A stretch of DNA of 40,255 bases from contig NC_068983.1 of assembly GCF_001194135.2 (NCBI RefSeq), forward strand, positions 75,957,211 through 75,997,465, written 5' to 3'. Source of the DNA: Octopus bimaculoides (taxonomy: Eukaryota). Numbering within the stretch: the first letter of the stretch is position 1; each line of letters begins with the position of its first letter. This document shows positions 10,821 to 21,269 of this stretch, piece after piece. The translations under genes and the position numbers were made by a program. The notes below the pieces were generated by a model, which was not told the DNA's origin, made no database searches, and saw only the letters and a program-made list of their open reading frames with translations.

Positions 10821-12409
10821 TTATATATATGTATGTATATATATATATATATGTGTGTGTGTGTGCGTGTGTATCTGTTCATTTGTATGTGTATGTATGT
10901 ATTATTATTGATATTATTTTTATTATTAATAAAAACACAGAACCATGTGAAATTCAGCAATACAATATTTTAATGGCCGGAACATTAAATTTATTTCGTC
11001 ATTTCTCAAGCTGGTAATGTTAACATGATGGGTTAGCAAGTCCGTATGAGATCAGTGAGGTTTAAATGAGAACAGATGGTTTGAAAAAGACAGAGTGATC
11101 ATGGGGAGATAATTTAATGAACAGTAAATAGAGCTAGGCTCGTACAAGGGGTGATGATTTCGTAAACAAATACAGGAAGCACAAAGGGAAAAGAAACAGT
11201 GGGAAGGTTATTGGAATGAAAGAAATTGAGATATAGATGGGTTATCAGTGTTATATAAGTATATCTCCCATTAGGGATGGTACATCTATGACGGTTGCTT
11301 CGTATACGCCTAATTGTTGCTGTTATTGCTGTGGTGGATGGCTCTTCTTGTCTTCGTAAATTGTAACCGGGAGAGAGGATTCTTGGGTCTCATTTCTTGC
11401 TTCAGACAATGAGGGCTGTGAAATTCTATTTGCTGACTCATGAGTAGTATCTGGTATTGTCTTGATGTGTTCTGTTTTTGCTCTTTTGACCTATCAGTGC
11501 AGAAAGCCCTTAAGTGGCGTTTACTCCTATATATGTGATAGATGGTGCGTGTACTTTGGATACTGAGTTTTAAGTTTTTCCTTTCAGAAAAGTTTCCTTT
11601 CAGACAAAGTTTTGGACTGTCTTGGAGTCTTGCGGAGTTATGCCTTTAGTAATCTTACCCTATCACACGCCGCCAAATGTGATATCGGCACTGAGCATCT
11701 GCTTATATCGTGCAATGAAGGTGACACATGTTAAGGGCTCGATATCATCACCGGTCTCCCTGATGTTGAACATTGCGTCGCTTCTTCTCAAATACAGCAA
11801 GCCAGTTTGTGTGCAGACGTCATATACAATTAAGCATGTACTGTAGTCCCATTCCCCGTTAAAAAACGACACAAATAGTACGACATCCCATCTGTCTCTC
11901 AGTATGTTCTATATCAAGAGTTTTGTTCAAAAGAAAGTTTTCGAAGTATAGCATTTCGTTATTCATTTTACATTCATCACACTTTGTGCATGTACATTGT
12001 TGTTGCTATTCTTAAACGTGTTATTTACTACCCTGTGTTTTTCATTGTTTTTATTTAAAAAAAAAATTCTGTCGTTTGTTCATAAATACAATTTTAGATA
12101 TATTTTTTCTTTCGCTTAGTAGTGATTTTAATTTGTTTACTGTTATTTCTTTGAGAAGCGGAACCGAAGAAAGAAGTCATGTTTGATTTAGCGTTAGACA
12201 TTAAAATACAATAGCAGTACTAAAAAAACAACATTATTGTTTTTACCCAGTTAGGGGTAGACCTTCAAACATGCTCTATAAACATCTCTGTGAAATATCA
12301 TCCAAAAATGAAAATTATTTCCTTCAGTTACACTTGTAACACATTGAGATTTATTGCTGCAGAAATGTTAACGCGTCTTACCAGATGTCAGCAACAAATC
12401 ATCAAGATA

Positions 12410-12612
12410 ATAGTTCCTAATTTACGCTCAAGACCGGAAATTTGGAGGAAGTGATTAGTCGATTACATCAACCCCCACCATTTGACTGATGCATTATTTT
12501 AACAACCTTTAACGGATGAAAGGAAAAGTTGACCTTGGTGGGATTCAAACGCAGAATGTAATGAGTCTGAAAAAAATACCGCCAGGCAGTTTGTCCAATG
12601 CCTTAACGATTT
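12410..12612 (-). mobile_element. Old octopus-type SINE copy
   Basis: GTCGATTACATCAACCCC, GGATGAAAGG.AAAGTTGACCT and AATACCGCCAGGCA.TTTGTCC match the other copies. Confidence 0.7.
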
Positions 12613-13179
12613 GTTGCAGAAGCATGTTCGCTCTTTATCCTTAGCTGTCCACATTGTGCCTCTTTGCTTTTGGATACCCGTTTTAGCCCATCACGTGATG
12701 GTCAAGTCTATTTAGCTTTACGCGGACTGTCAACCTTTTAACGTGATAGACTAGCCAAGTGTCTCAACCCTTATTTCCAGCTAATTCCTTAGGGAGATGC
12801 GTTTGTTACGAACGAGTTTTGATCTTCGACATGAAAACTGTCTATACCACTTTGCGTTTTCAGCGAGGGGAGATTTGTAACTAGAATTTCTGGTGCTATG
12901 CACCAAACATTTATTTTATCCAACATTTATTTTCAACTTCAAGAAATATTTTGAAAGCATGTAATGTTTTTAACAGTTCTTCTTGTTATGCCAGTTGATG
13001 TATTTCACGTTAGCGCTGGAAATAAATGTTGCAGTGCGGTCAACATTAACTTGCCTTTTTAAGTTCTTAATAATATTCATCCTGATTCATTTTAATCAGA
13101 AGACATTATATTATCAGGGCTTAAGCTACATTGCAGTCATTTAACTACATTGCTAAAGATTCAACCGGCTCGCTGCGTA

Positions 13180-13393
13180 ATAACAATATGGTAATCGAAG
13201 CGTTGGGCTCAATCCTATTGAAACTTCAAAACTTTTTAAGGCAACTGGAAATTCCATGCAGAATTGATGTCTTGCAAAAAGCAGCCTTATTGGGTACAGC
13301 GCACATCTTAAGCTAAGTGTTATGTTTGAGGTCCTTGTGACTCAACAGATGACCAAAGACTCCGTTGCATTTTACCTACACTGTGTTATGAAG

Positions 13394-13460
<67 letters not shown>
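13180..13460 (+). mobile_element. R4/Dong-like LINE 3' end with (AAT)n tail (13397-13460)
   Basis: ORF 13131..13316 ends VIEALGSI..KLQNFLRQLEIPCRIDVLQKAALLGTAHILS, followed by a short UTR and AAT repeats. Confidence 0.8.
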
Positions 13461-13461
<1 letters not shown>

Positions 13462-13665
13462 TCTTTCTTATTTCAACACAAGCCAGCAATTTTAAACGGA
13501 TAGGGAAGTCGATTACATCGATTTCAATACTCAAATAATATTTATTTTATCGGTCTTTAAAGAATGAAAGGCACAGTCGACCTCGTTGGGGCTTGAAATC
13601 AGAACGTAAAGAGCCAGAAGAAAATGTTGCTATGCATTTTGTCAGAGGCGCTACCGATTCTGCCA
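13461..13665 (-). mobile_element. Octopus-type SINE, tail-to-tail with the preceding LINE end
   Basis: GTCGATTACATCG, TTATTTTATCGG, GAATGAAAGGCACAGTCGACCTCG and head TGGCAGAATCGGTAGCG on the minus strand. Confidence 0.8.
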
Positions 13666-13716
13666 ACCAACCAACCAACCAACCAGCCAACCAACCAACC
13701 AGTCAACCAACCAACC
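13664..13716. repeat. (CCAA)n microsatellite
   Basis: Directly visible. Confidence 0.9.
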
Positions 13717-13959
13717 ACCGCCACCACCACTACTACCACCAGCATTACCTTCAGGATTAGCATCGCCGATTGTAGTTAACAGCTGGCAGGTAAGAATTTA
13801 TGTATGTATGGAGAGAGAGAGAGACAGAGAGAGGGAGAGGGAGAGAGAGAAAGAGAACCGCGAACTATAGAATGTACAATGACAATGCAAAAATATGTGC
13901 TCAACTTCGGTTGACGAAACTTTAGTTAAATATGAAGCGAAATCGGTAGAAAGTTACAA

Positions 13960-14366
13960 CTAGGGCGGCGAGCTGGCAGAAACGTTAGCACACCGGGCGG
14001 TATTTCGTCTGCCACTGCGTTCTGAGTTCAAATTCCGCCGAGGTCGACTTTGCCTTTCATCCTTTCGGGGTCGATAAATTAAGTACCAGTTACGCACTGG
14101 GGTCGATATAATCGACTTAATCCGTTTGTCTGTCCTTGTTTGTCCCCTCTGTGTGTAGCCCCTTGTGGGCAGTAAAGAAATAGGTATTTCGTCTGTCTTT
14201 ACATTCTTAGTTCAAACTCCGCCGAGGTCGACTTTGTCTTTCATCCTTTCGGAGTCGATTAAATAACTACCAGTTACACACTGGGGTTGATATAATCGAC
14301 TTAATCCCTTTGTCTGTCCTTGTTTGTTCCCTCTGTATGTATCCCCTTGTGGTCAGTAAAGAAATA
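13960..14366 (+). mobile_element. SINE with one head and a tandemly duplicated 184-bp body, flanked by a 12-bp target-site duplication
   Basis: Units run 13999-14182 and 14183-14366, both starting GGTATTTCGTCTG. AGAAAGTTACAA occurs at 13948-13959 and at 14367-14378. Confidence 0.9.
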
Positions 14367-14636
14367 AGAAAGTTACAAGTATTTAATCAAGAAAGTGTTG
14401 ATAAACTGGATGATTGCTTTTAGGCCTAAGATTTGTGAGTTCAGGTTCAACAGCGGTTAAAGTTGTTTTTTTTTTGTTTTTGAAGATTTCATTTCAGAAA
14501 ACATCACGTGATTTTGTGGGAAATATATTCGTATCAGTATAAGTTGTATAGAAACCGGATTTAAATTCAGAACCCTCTTTGAAGCCTTAGGGTTCATGGA
14601 ATATATGTCAGCGTAGTTGTTTTCAATTCAAACCGG

Positions 14637-14785
14637 ATGCATCAACACCACTACCATAACCGAATTCGTCATCATTGTCCTTCAACCTTATCATCCTCAT
14701 CATCAGTACAACCTCAGCTGCCATTACCATCACCACCATCATCATCAATACAATATCGCCAGCACACCCCCATAATCATCATCAC

Positions 14786-14844
<59 letters not shown>

Positions 14845-15130
14845 CTATCATCATCATCAACTGAAATCACACCACCGCCGCCTGTATCACCATTAATGCC
14901 ACTAGAACAATTACCGTCATCACTTGTGCAACACCCACCTTAATCATGTCATAAGCATCATCAATATTACCCATATGACCACCTCAACAACAGTTACCAC
15001 CACCACCACCACCACCACCACCACCATCATCATCGTCATCATCATCACCATCACTACCAAACCACTATTATTATTAGCGCCGTTGATACAACGATTCCAC
15101 CCACCATCACTTCACACCACCGCCGCCACT

Positions 15131-15180
<50 letters not shown>

Positions 15181-15215
15181 CACCACCACCACCTCCATCA
15201 TTTTCAACATTATCA
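14637..15215. repeat. Low-complexity trinucleotide region: (CAT)n, (CAC)n and (ACG)n at 15131-15180
   Basis: Directly visible; the poly-H/T/I ORFs here are translations of the repeats. Confidence 0.9.
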
Positions 15216-15339
15216 TCACGGCAAATCCGGAACTGAGTTAATGCTTTTATGTTAAAAATATTTTCAGTTTGCCAAAATTTTCAGTAAACAAAAATGAGAC
15301 GTAGACATTCGTGTTGGCGGCATAGGAAATGAGAATATA

Positions 15340-16887
15340 TGACAATCAGACGTTTGCCATTTGTACCTTTGATATATCATCAACCAATCCTAGCAGAGAA
15401 TCAAAACTTCGAACTCAATTCCTCAAGAATCTATTGCTTCTAGGTCACTCACCTCGTTACCTCGAACTTGGTTGTAATCGGTACGTCGACCTAGATAGGA
15501 TCCATAGGCTGCACAATGGTGAGATACCCGGGACTGGATGGTCTGCCCTTCAATGTTTATCTTCATATACCACACTTGTTCGGCGATCTCTTGACTGATT
15601 TCTACCACAACAGGCAACAAAATTCTGTGTGCAAGAGTGAGGTGGTGCTGTTGACAAAAGAACCAAACAGACAATTTTACGCCTATAACTCTGCTGTGCC
15701 CAAGTAATAAGATTTTGGCCAAGGTGTTAGCCAAGAGGTTGGCGCTTGTCCATAAGTAGATCGGTGATGCGCAGACATGCGCTATCCCAACCATATCTAT
15801 CTACATCAGCATTTACCTCATGCGTTACATCATAGAGAAAGTAGGTAAGGAAACTGGCATGGATCAATAGAAAGTTTTTGATACAAACACTTACAGGCTG
15901 TCCTCATAGTGGCCGGTTCTGGTCCTGTTTTCAGTGGCTGGATCGCTGCAATATACAGCGATATCCCTTCGGTGGTCAAAGCAAATGGCCACCTACTGGA
16001 AACGTTTAGCATCGCATGTTCAGTCCATCAAGGATGCCCACTTTCACCCCCTCCGTACGTGCTGGCTCTCGATTCATTGATAAGGATGATAAATGTTTTG
16101 AGGGGGATCCCTCGTGAACTATGATGTAGGAAGGTTTGTGTCATCTTATGTGGACGACGTCACCGTAATAGTGTCGGACATCTTGGAAATCGAGGTGATC
16201 GGCACTACCTTAAGGAAATAATAGCGGGAGAGGATCAAAGATTAACCAGGAGAAATTGGTGGGCCTGCAGCTCGGAATCCATGCTACCCGACTGCGTCGT
16301 AGTACTCTGGATGGAAGGGCTGGTTAAGTTACTCGGGGTTTGGTTTGGTCCGGACCTGAGGTGGACAAATACTGAGGAAGGCGACGAACAGGATGGATAG
16401 TCTCACCCAGAAATAGGGTGAGAAAAAACTGTCGTTGAAAGGTGGGGCGCATCACATTCGCCATCTACTATCGCCTGACTGTCGTGCCTTACCCTGCTTC
16501 ATTGCTAAACGAGCTGGAGTGCTTTCTGTGGAAGGGACATATTCCGCTTGTCAGGCAACCTATTTGCTAGCAGCCGCTGTGAGGAAGGCTGGGCAAGCTG
16601 TGACAAGTGATGCGCAGACAAATGCTGAGGCTGCGACACCTCCAGTGTTCCTTTGACAGTGAGTAGATGTGGTTGCCGTTTGTCAGACAGGAGTTTCCAC
16701 AGCTCGTCCCTTTGACGGGGCTGCAGTTCAGGATCAGGCGTTGACAGAAACAGGACGTTTGGAACTCGGAGTTGCCAAGCGCTCACCGCCCTCTCATAGT
16801 CGGGAAATGCGGTCGGTGAAAGTTCCACCTTGGAATTCTATATGGGATTAATGGCTGGAAAGAGCGACGAAGTCTTCGGGGAATCTC

Positions 16888-16888
<1 letters not shown>
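15340..16888 (+). mobile_element. Decayed Tx1/L1-clade LINE reverse transcriptase
   Basis: PGLDGLPF, PITLL..SNKILAKVLAKRL, QTCAIP, DQ*KVFD, WIAAIYS...VKANGHL, VHQGCPLSP..YVLALDSL and YVDDVTV appear in the canonical order, with stops and frameshifts. Confidence 0.9.
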
Positions 16889-16945
<57 letters not shown>

Positions 16946-17000
16946 GTTGTTGTTGTTGTTGTTGTTGCTGTTGTTATTATTAGTATTATTATTATTGTTA
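16889..17000. repeat. (TAT)n/(TGT)n compound microsatellite
   Basis: Directly visible. Confidence 0.95.
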
Positions 17001-17675
17001 TTGAGTGAGAGAGCAGAGCATGCCATCAAAGTGACACTGGGGTAAAATATACGAAGCCCAATATACCCATCATGACTACCCGTCTTTACTTCATTCCATC
17101 ATCCCATAATTCTTCTCTCAAACCCTTAATCTTTCTGCTACTGTTCTCTCTTTTTCTCTCTCTCATTATTTCATCTCTATAAATACATAGACACACACGC
17201 ACACGCTCTCTCTTTCTCTTTACATGCATCACAACCGTATGTGCGCGACATGGTGACCTCAAATCAAGATAAACAGCACATGACCTTGCAGGTGGGGCCC
17301 AGTTAGAATTTCGTTCAGGTTGAGTGGCTAATCCCACTCAAGTGGTCCTTGAATAAGGGTTGTTTAAGGATGTTGACGGAAACACCCATATTTCCAGAGG
17401 TGAATTATTCAGACCCCAAAGAATTCCTCTCAACACATGGCTATGATGCTCCCCCACTACTTCTGCTCTTGATCAGAGATGCACATAACGTCAGCCACTA
17501 AGGGTCATGCTCAACTGGTTAAGGTCAAACAACTGACAAGCAAATCTTTGGTATTGAGCAGAATATTTGCTGCAGCTCATCTTTTATACCAAGACAAAAC
17601 AATGTACATGATAACACTTCCAATCAGTTAAGAACAGAAGCCATCAGAGCCACTGCCTGGTACTGCATCAGGTCA
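17001..17675 (-). mobile_element. Non-coding interspersed repeat, probably a non-autonomous retroposon with an (AAT)n tail
   Basis: GC-richer block bounded by TAT repeats on both sides, with no ORF. It resembles a repeat I associate with Octopus genomes; the family name is not established. Confidence 0.5.
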
Positions 17676-17767
17676 GTATAATTATTATTATTATTGTTGT
17701 TGCTGTTGTTATTATTATTATTGTTGTTGTTGTTATTATTATTATTGTTGTTGTTGTTATTATTATT

Positions 17768-18098
17768 ATTACCTCCGCCTTAGCGAAGGCGGAGGTATTG
17801 TTTTTCAGTCGTGTTTGTTTGTCCGTGGACAAGATATCTTAAGAACCGTTGGATGAATTCGGATGAAACTTTCAGGTAGGTTTGGCCTCGTGACTGGCAT
17901 AAACTGATTAGATTTTGGGATCGATCCAGAGCCAGATAAGGATTCTGGATTATTTTTCCTATTTGTTTACTTCATTTTTGAGAGCGCTCGTTTGTGAGAG
18001 CAGTCGAGTCTATTTCAGATATTCTCGTTTTAAAAATCATCCCTGAGAGGTTGTTGTTGTTGCCTTGGCAGAGTTTTGCACTCTCTGAGTGCTCTTGT
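17768..18098 (+). mobile_element. Helentron-associated non-autonomous element (HINE/DINE-1-like)
   Basis: 5' hairpin TACCTCCGCCTT-AGCG-AAGGCGGAGGTA (17770-17797), TTTGTTTGTCCGT motif, 3' subterminal CCTTGGCAGAG, then stem-loop GCACTC-TCT-GAGTGC (18078-18092), set in T-rich flanks. Confidence 0.75.
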
Positions 18099-18112
18099 TG
18101 TTGTTGTTGTTG

Positions 18113-18152
<40 letters not shown>

Positions 18153-18153
<1 letters not shown>

Positions 18154-18318
18154 TACGTTCTGAGTTCAAATTCCGCCGGGGTCGATTTTGCATTTCATCC
18201 TTGCGGGGTCGATAAATTAAGTACCAGTGAAACACTGGGATCGATGTAATAGACTGTCCCCCTCCCCCAAATTTCGCGTCTTCTGCCTATAATAGAAAGG
18301 ATTATAATTATTATTTGA
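18153..18318 (+). mobile_element. 5'-truncated octopus-type SINE with ATT repeats on both sides
   Basis: TACGTTCTGAGTTCAAATTCCGCC...GGGGTCGATAAATTAAGTACCAGT...ATTATT. Confidence 0.85.
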
Positions 18319-18475
18319 CTTCTACTTTACATTTTAAATTCATGAAATGTAACTAAAATAACTATAATTTTAAAATATCATTTAAAATGGTGTCTGGTGG
18401 AGTGATTGTGTATGATAGGAGATTTGGTTTCTGATTCCTGTTGCAATCCTAAGGTTTATTCTTGGGTCGACTCAC

Positions 18476-18529
18476 TAGAACAGGTTTGGCAATGTCCCTC
18501 AGCTGTGAAGATATCCTGCATTGAAATTT
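18476..18529 (-). CDS. Candidate 54-nt internal exon of an unidentified host gene
   Basis: Long T-tract and TTTCAG acceptor, GTGAGT donor, length 3n; two open frames, ISMQDIFTAEGHCQTCS and KFQCRISSQLRDIAKPVL. No homology recognised. Confidence 0.35.
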
Positions 18530-18823
18530 CTGAAATATAAGAATATGCAAAAAAAAAAGTAAAAAAACAAAACAAAATATAATGAAGACATTGCGAGAAA
18601 AATTAATAAAAAGTAGAAGAAAAATATAAAAAAGTAAAATGAAGATAGCGTGTTTATTAGGAAATGGCGTGTCAAACGTAAGCGGGGGTGAATGTAGACA
18701 TGGAGGCGTGTTGAGAAAGAGAAATATGGGGGCTGTAGGTGATGGGGGTAAGTGGGTAATAGTGGCTGCAAAAGTAAGAGCTGTGATGTAAGAAGTAGAT
18801 TGGTAGCGGTAACAGTGAGAGAT

Positions 18824-18865
18824 AACGACGACGACGGTGACGACGAGGACAACGACGACGACGAC

Positions 18866-18910
<45 letters not shown>
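18824..18910. repeat. (GAC)n grading into (GAT)n
   Basis: Directly visible. Confidence 0.9.
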
Positions 18911-18911
<1 letters not shown>

Positions 18912-19020
18912 GCATCAGTTGTAATGTTAGTGGAAGGTCGGGGAGTTGTTAGTGAGCGCTGGACAAATGGTTGTGCCTGAAGTAATTATGGAAACTGAAA
19001 AATCATGAGAGGAATAGGTA

Positions 19021-19024
19021 AGAA

Positions 19025-19113
<89 letters not shown>

Positions 19114-19150
19114 AGAAGAAGAAGAAGAAGAAGAAGAAGAAGAAGAAGAA
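19021..19150. repeat. (GAA)n purine tract with interspersed GAG
   Basis: Directly visible. Confidence 0.95.
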
Positions 19151-19924
19151 GATACCAAAGGCAAGCGAGAAAGGAAGAAAAATTACTTAAGAAGAAGGAA
19201 TTGAAAATAACAGAAAACTAAGATCCTGAAATTACCGAAATAAAAAAAAAATTGAAAATAACAATTGTAAGGTTGATAAAAATATAAAAGATATAACTAT
19301 AGATATGAATCACAAAAGAAATATTAAAGGAAAGAAAAAGAGAGACAGATCGAGAGAGAGAGAGAGAGGTGCAAAGAGGGAGAGAGATAGATGGAGAGAG
19401 TCATTCATAGTCAAAATCTTAAGTTTGATGAATGTAGAGTACATATATACATTTTAACATGATATTTGAATGACATTGACCCTTTGAGTTCGTACAATGA
19501 TACGGAACTGTTAGAAGATTTAAATCATTCCTCTTAATGTTTATTTTTGGATAATTACTTGTACGAAGTAATAATACATGATTGAGCGATAATATGCTTA
19601 CACATGATCGACTACGCTGTAATGATTTTCATCACGCGAAATAGTATTGGCCAAAATGCATGTAAACTGATATAGAACAGTCTCGGGTTTATGAAAAGTG
19701 ATGATTGACTGAGATTAAATGATATCATATTGAATGGTCTGCATAAGGTGATAGCAGGATAATTGTATATTTTCGTGCACACATAGTTAATAGCATAAAT
19801 TTTCGTGATTAGAAATATCTCTCAATGAGAGACAACTGTGTGGTTGTTGGTTTTGTTGTTGTCGTCGTTGTTGTTGTTATAGTTGATGTTGCTTAGTCTT
19901 AGTTTAGCTTAGACTTGTTTGAAC

Positions 19925-20080
19925 ATATTTAGGAGCAAAGGCATTACAACCGTGGTAAATTTTGTCTACTTTTTGAAAAATCCGTTACTTATTCTAACGC
20001 TCCCCTTTTGCCGAACAGCAAAGTTACAGAGACATATATATATATATATATATAAAAAACCAACGCCTGTTGTCAACCCA
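19925..20080 (+). mobile_element. Diverged fragment of a second octopus-type SINE-like repeat, interrupted by (TA)n
   Basis: TACTTATTCT...TTTTGCCGAAC.GC.AAGTTAC...ACCAAC.CC.GTTGTCAA resembles a repeat I associate with Octopus (recognition only). Confidence 0.4.
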
Positions 20081-20233
20081 AAATATAGAGTAACCCTAAT
20101 ATTAATGTAAAAAATGTTTTTAATATTATTATAATTGAACATAAAAACAAACATTAATGAATGTATGTATGTATGCATGCATGTATGTATGTATGTATGT
20201 ATGTATGTATGTATGTATGTATGTATGTATGTA

Positions 20234-20300
20234 NNNNNNNNNNNNNNNNNNNNNNNNNNNNNNNNNNNNNNNNNNNNNNNNNNNNNNNNNNNNNNNNNNN
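20234..20300. other. Assembly gap (67 N) between (TATG)n and (TA)n
   Basis: N run. Confidence 1.
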
Positions 20301-20335
<35 letters not shown>

Positions 20336-20394
20336 CCTACATATATGCATGCACACACGTGTAACAAGCTTTTACGGAGTTTCTAGTCACCTGC

Positions 20395-20490
20395 TCACTG
20401 ACAAGGTTAATTCAAGATTCTGCACAGTTGGTCTGAACCCGGAATTACATGGCTGCGAATCGATCTTCTTACTCACACAACTATTATTCA
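20395..20490 (-). mobile_element. tRNA-derived SINE head remnant
   Basis: The minus strand reads GAGTAAGAAGATCGATTCGCAGCCATGTAATTCCGGGTTCAGACCAACTG, a tRNA-like layout with a GGTTC B-box. Confidence 0.45.
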
Positions 20491-21269
20491 ATGTATTCTT
20501 CTTAAGATGATGGGTTTGAAGAGTATTTGACCGCTATATAGTGCAGGTCAAATAACTACAATGAGCTTTCTCGTCAGCTTAGTAGGTTGCGTATATGAAG
20601 CGATAATGAGTGATGTGACATACATGCATTTTTCATATACATTAATAGAGTAAAGGTTGTGAAATATCTACACTTTTGAGACATGAGTCACCGGGAAATT
20701 ACACCGTTACTTAGTGGCAAGGGTAGGGGTAGGAGCCTTTTTAGTGTCAAGAATAAAATGCAGATGTTTGTGAACTTGTAGTGGCTAATCGGTGCTGATT
20801 AAAAAAAAAACCCTCCTTGTGAGTAGGCGTGCAACCTGAATTATAGTTTCACTATGGCTTAGATTACTGTTGTTAATGGTTTAAAGACATATCAAGTATC
20901 CAGGTACGGAATACTGATACATCTTCTGAGTGAGGCCATGCCTCCACCTAACCGAGCACCGTTCTGTACATTCTCATGCCATGACGAATAGTATGTTGGA
21001 GCGTGATCGTCTAAAGACACACATGCTACAGTCCTTTCTATTTTGGTACACTAATAAATTCTGGCCGTGACAACAACAAATTCGAATAAGGTGAACTCGG
21101 GCAGAGTGCATCATTTGTTGTTCATCTGCAGTTGCTCTTAGAAGTGTATTCCTGGCACAGAGTCTGGAGCTAGTGAGACTATTATACAGCAGCCAGCTAT
21201 CCTCATGTACCAGGCATGTAAAAGCTTTTTTTCATATTTCAAGTTTTAATTAATAGTTCAAACAAATTA

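Noticed and set aside
12620-12960. Possible RTE-type LINE remnant on the minus strand (RNKRISLR)
   Set aside because: There is a single short motif, and the neighbouring motifs are not recoverable.
13948-14378. Repeat-spacer pattern suggestive of a CRISPR array
   Set aside because: The units are 184-bp SINE bodies in eukaryotic DNA, with no short repeats and unique spacers.
14637-15241. His/Thr/Ser-rich ORFs resembling a low-complexity protein exon
   Set aside because: All frames are explained by CAT/CAC/ACG repeats, and there are no convincing splice sites.
19005-19190. Poly-Lys ORF
   Set aside because: It is a translation of the (GAA)n tract.
21212-21240. TACCAGGCATGTAAAAG as a TIR partner of TTTGATTTAACCTGGCA (about 22403-22419) for the first mariner
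   Set aside because: Only CCAGG matches clearly, which is too weak to call TIRs.
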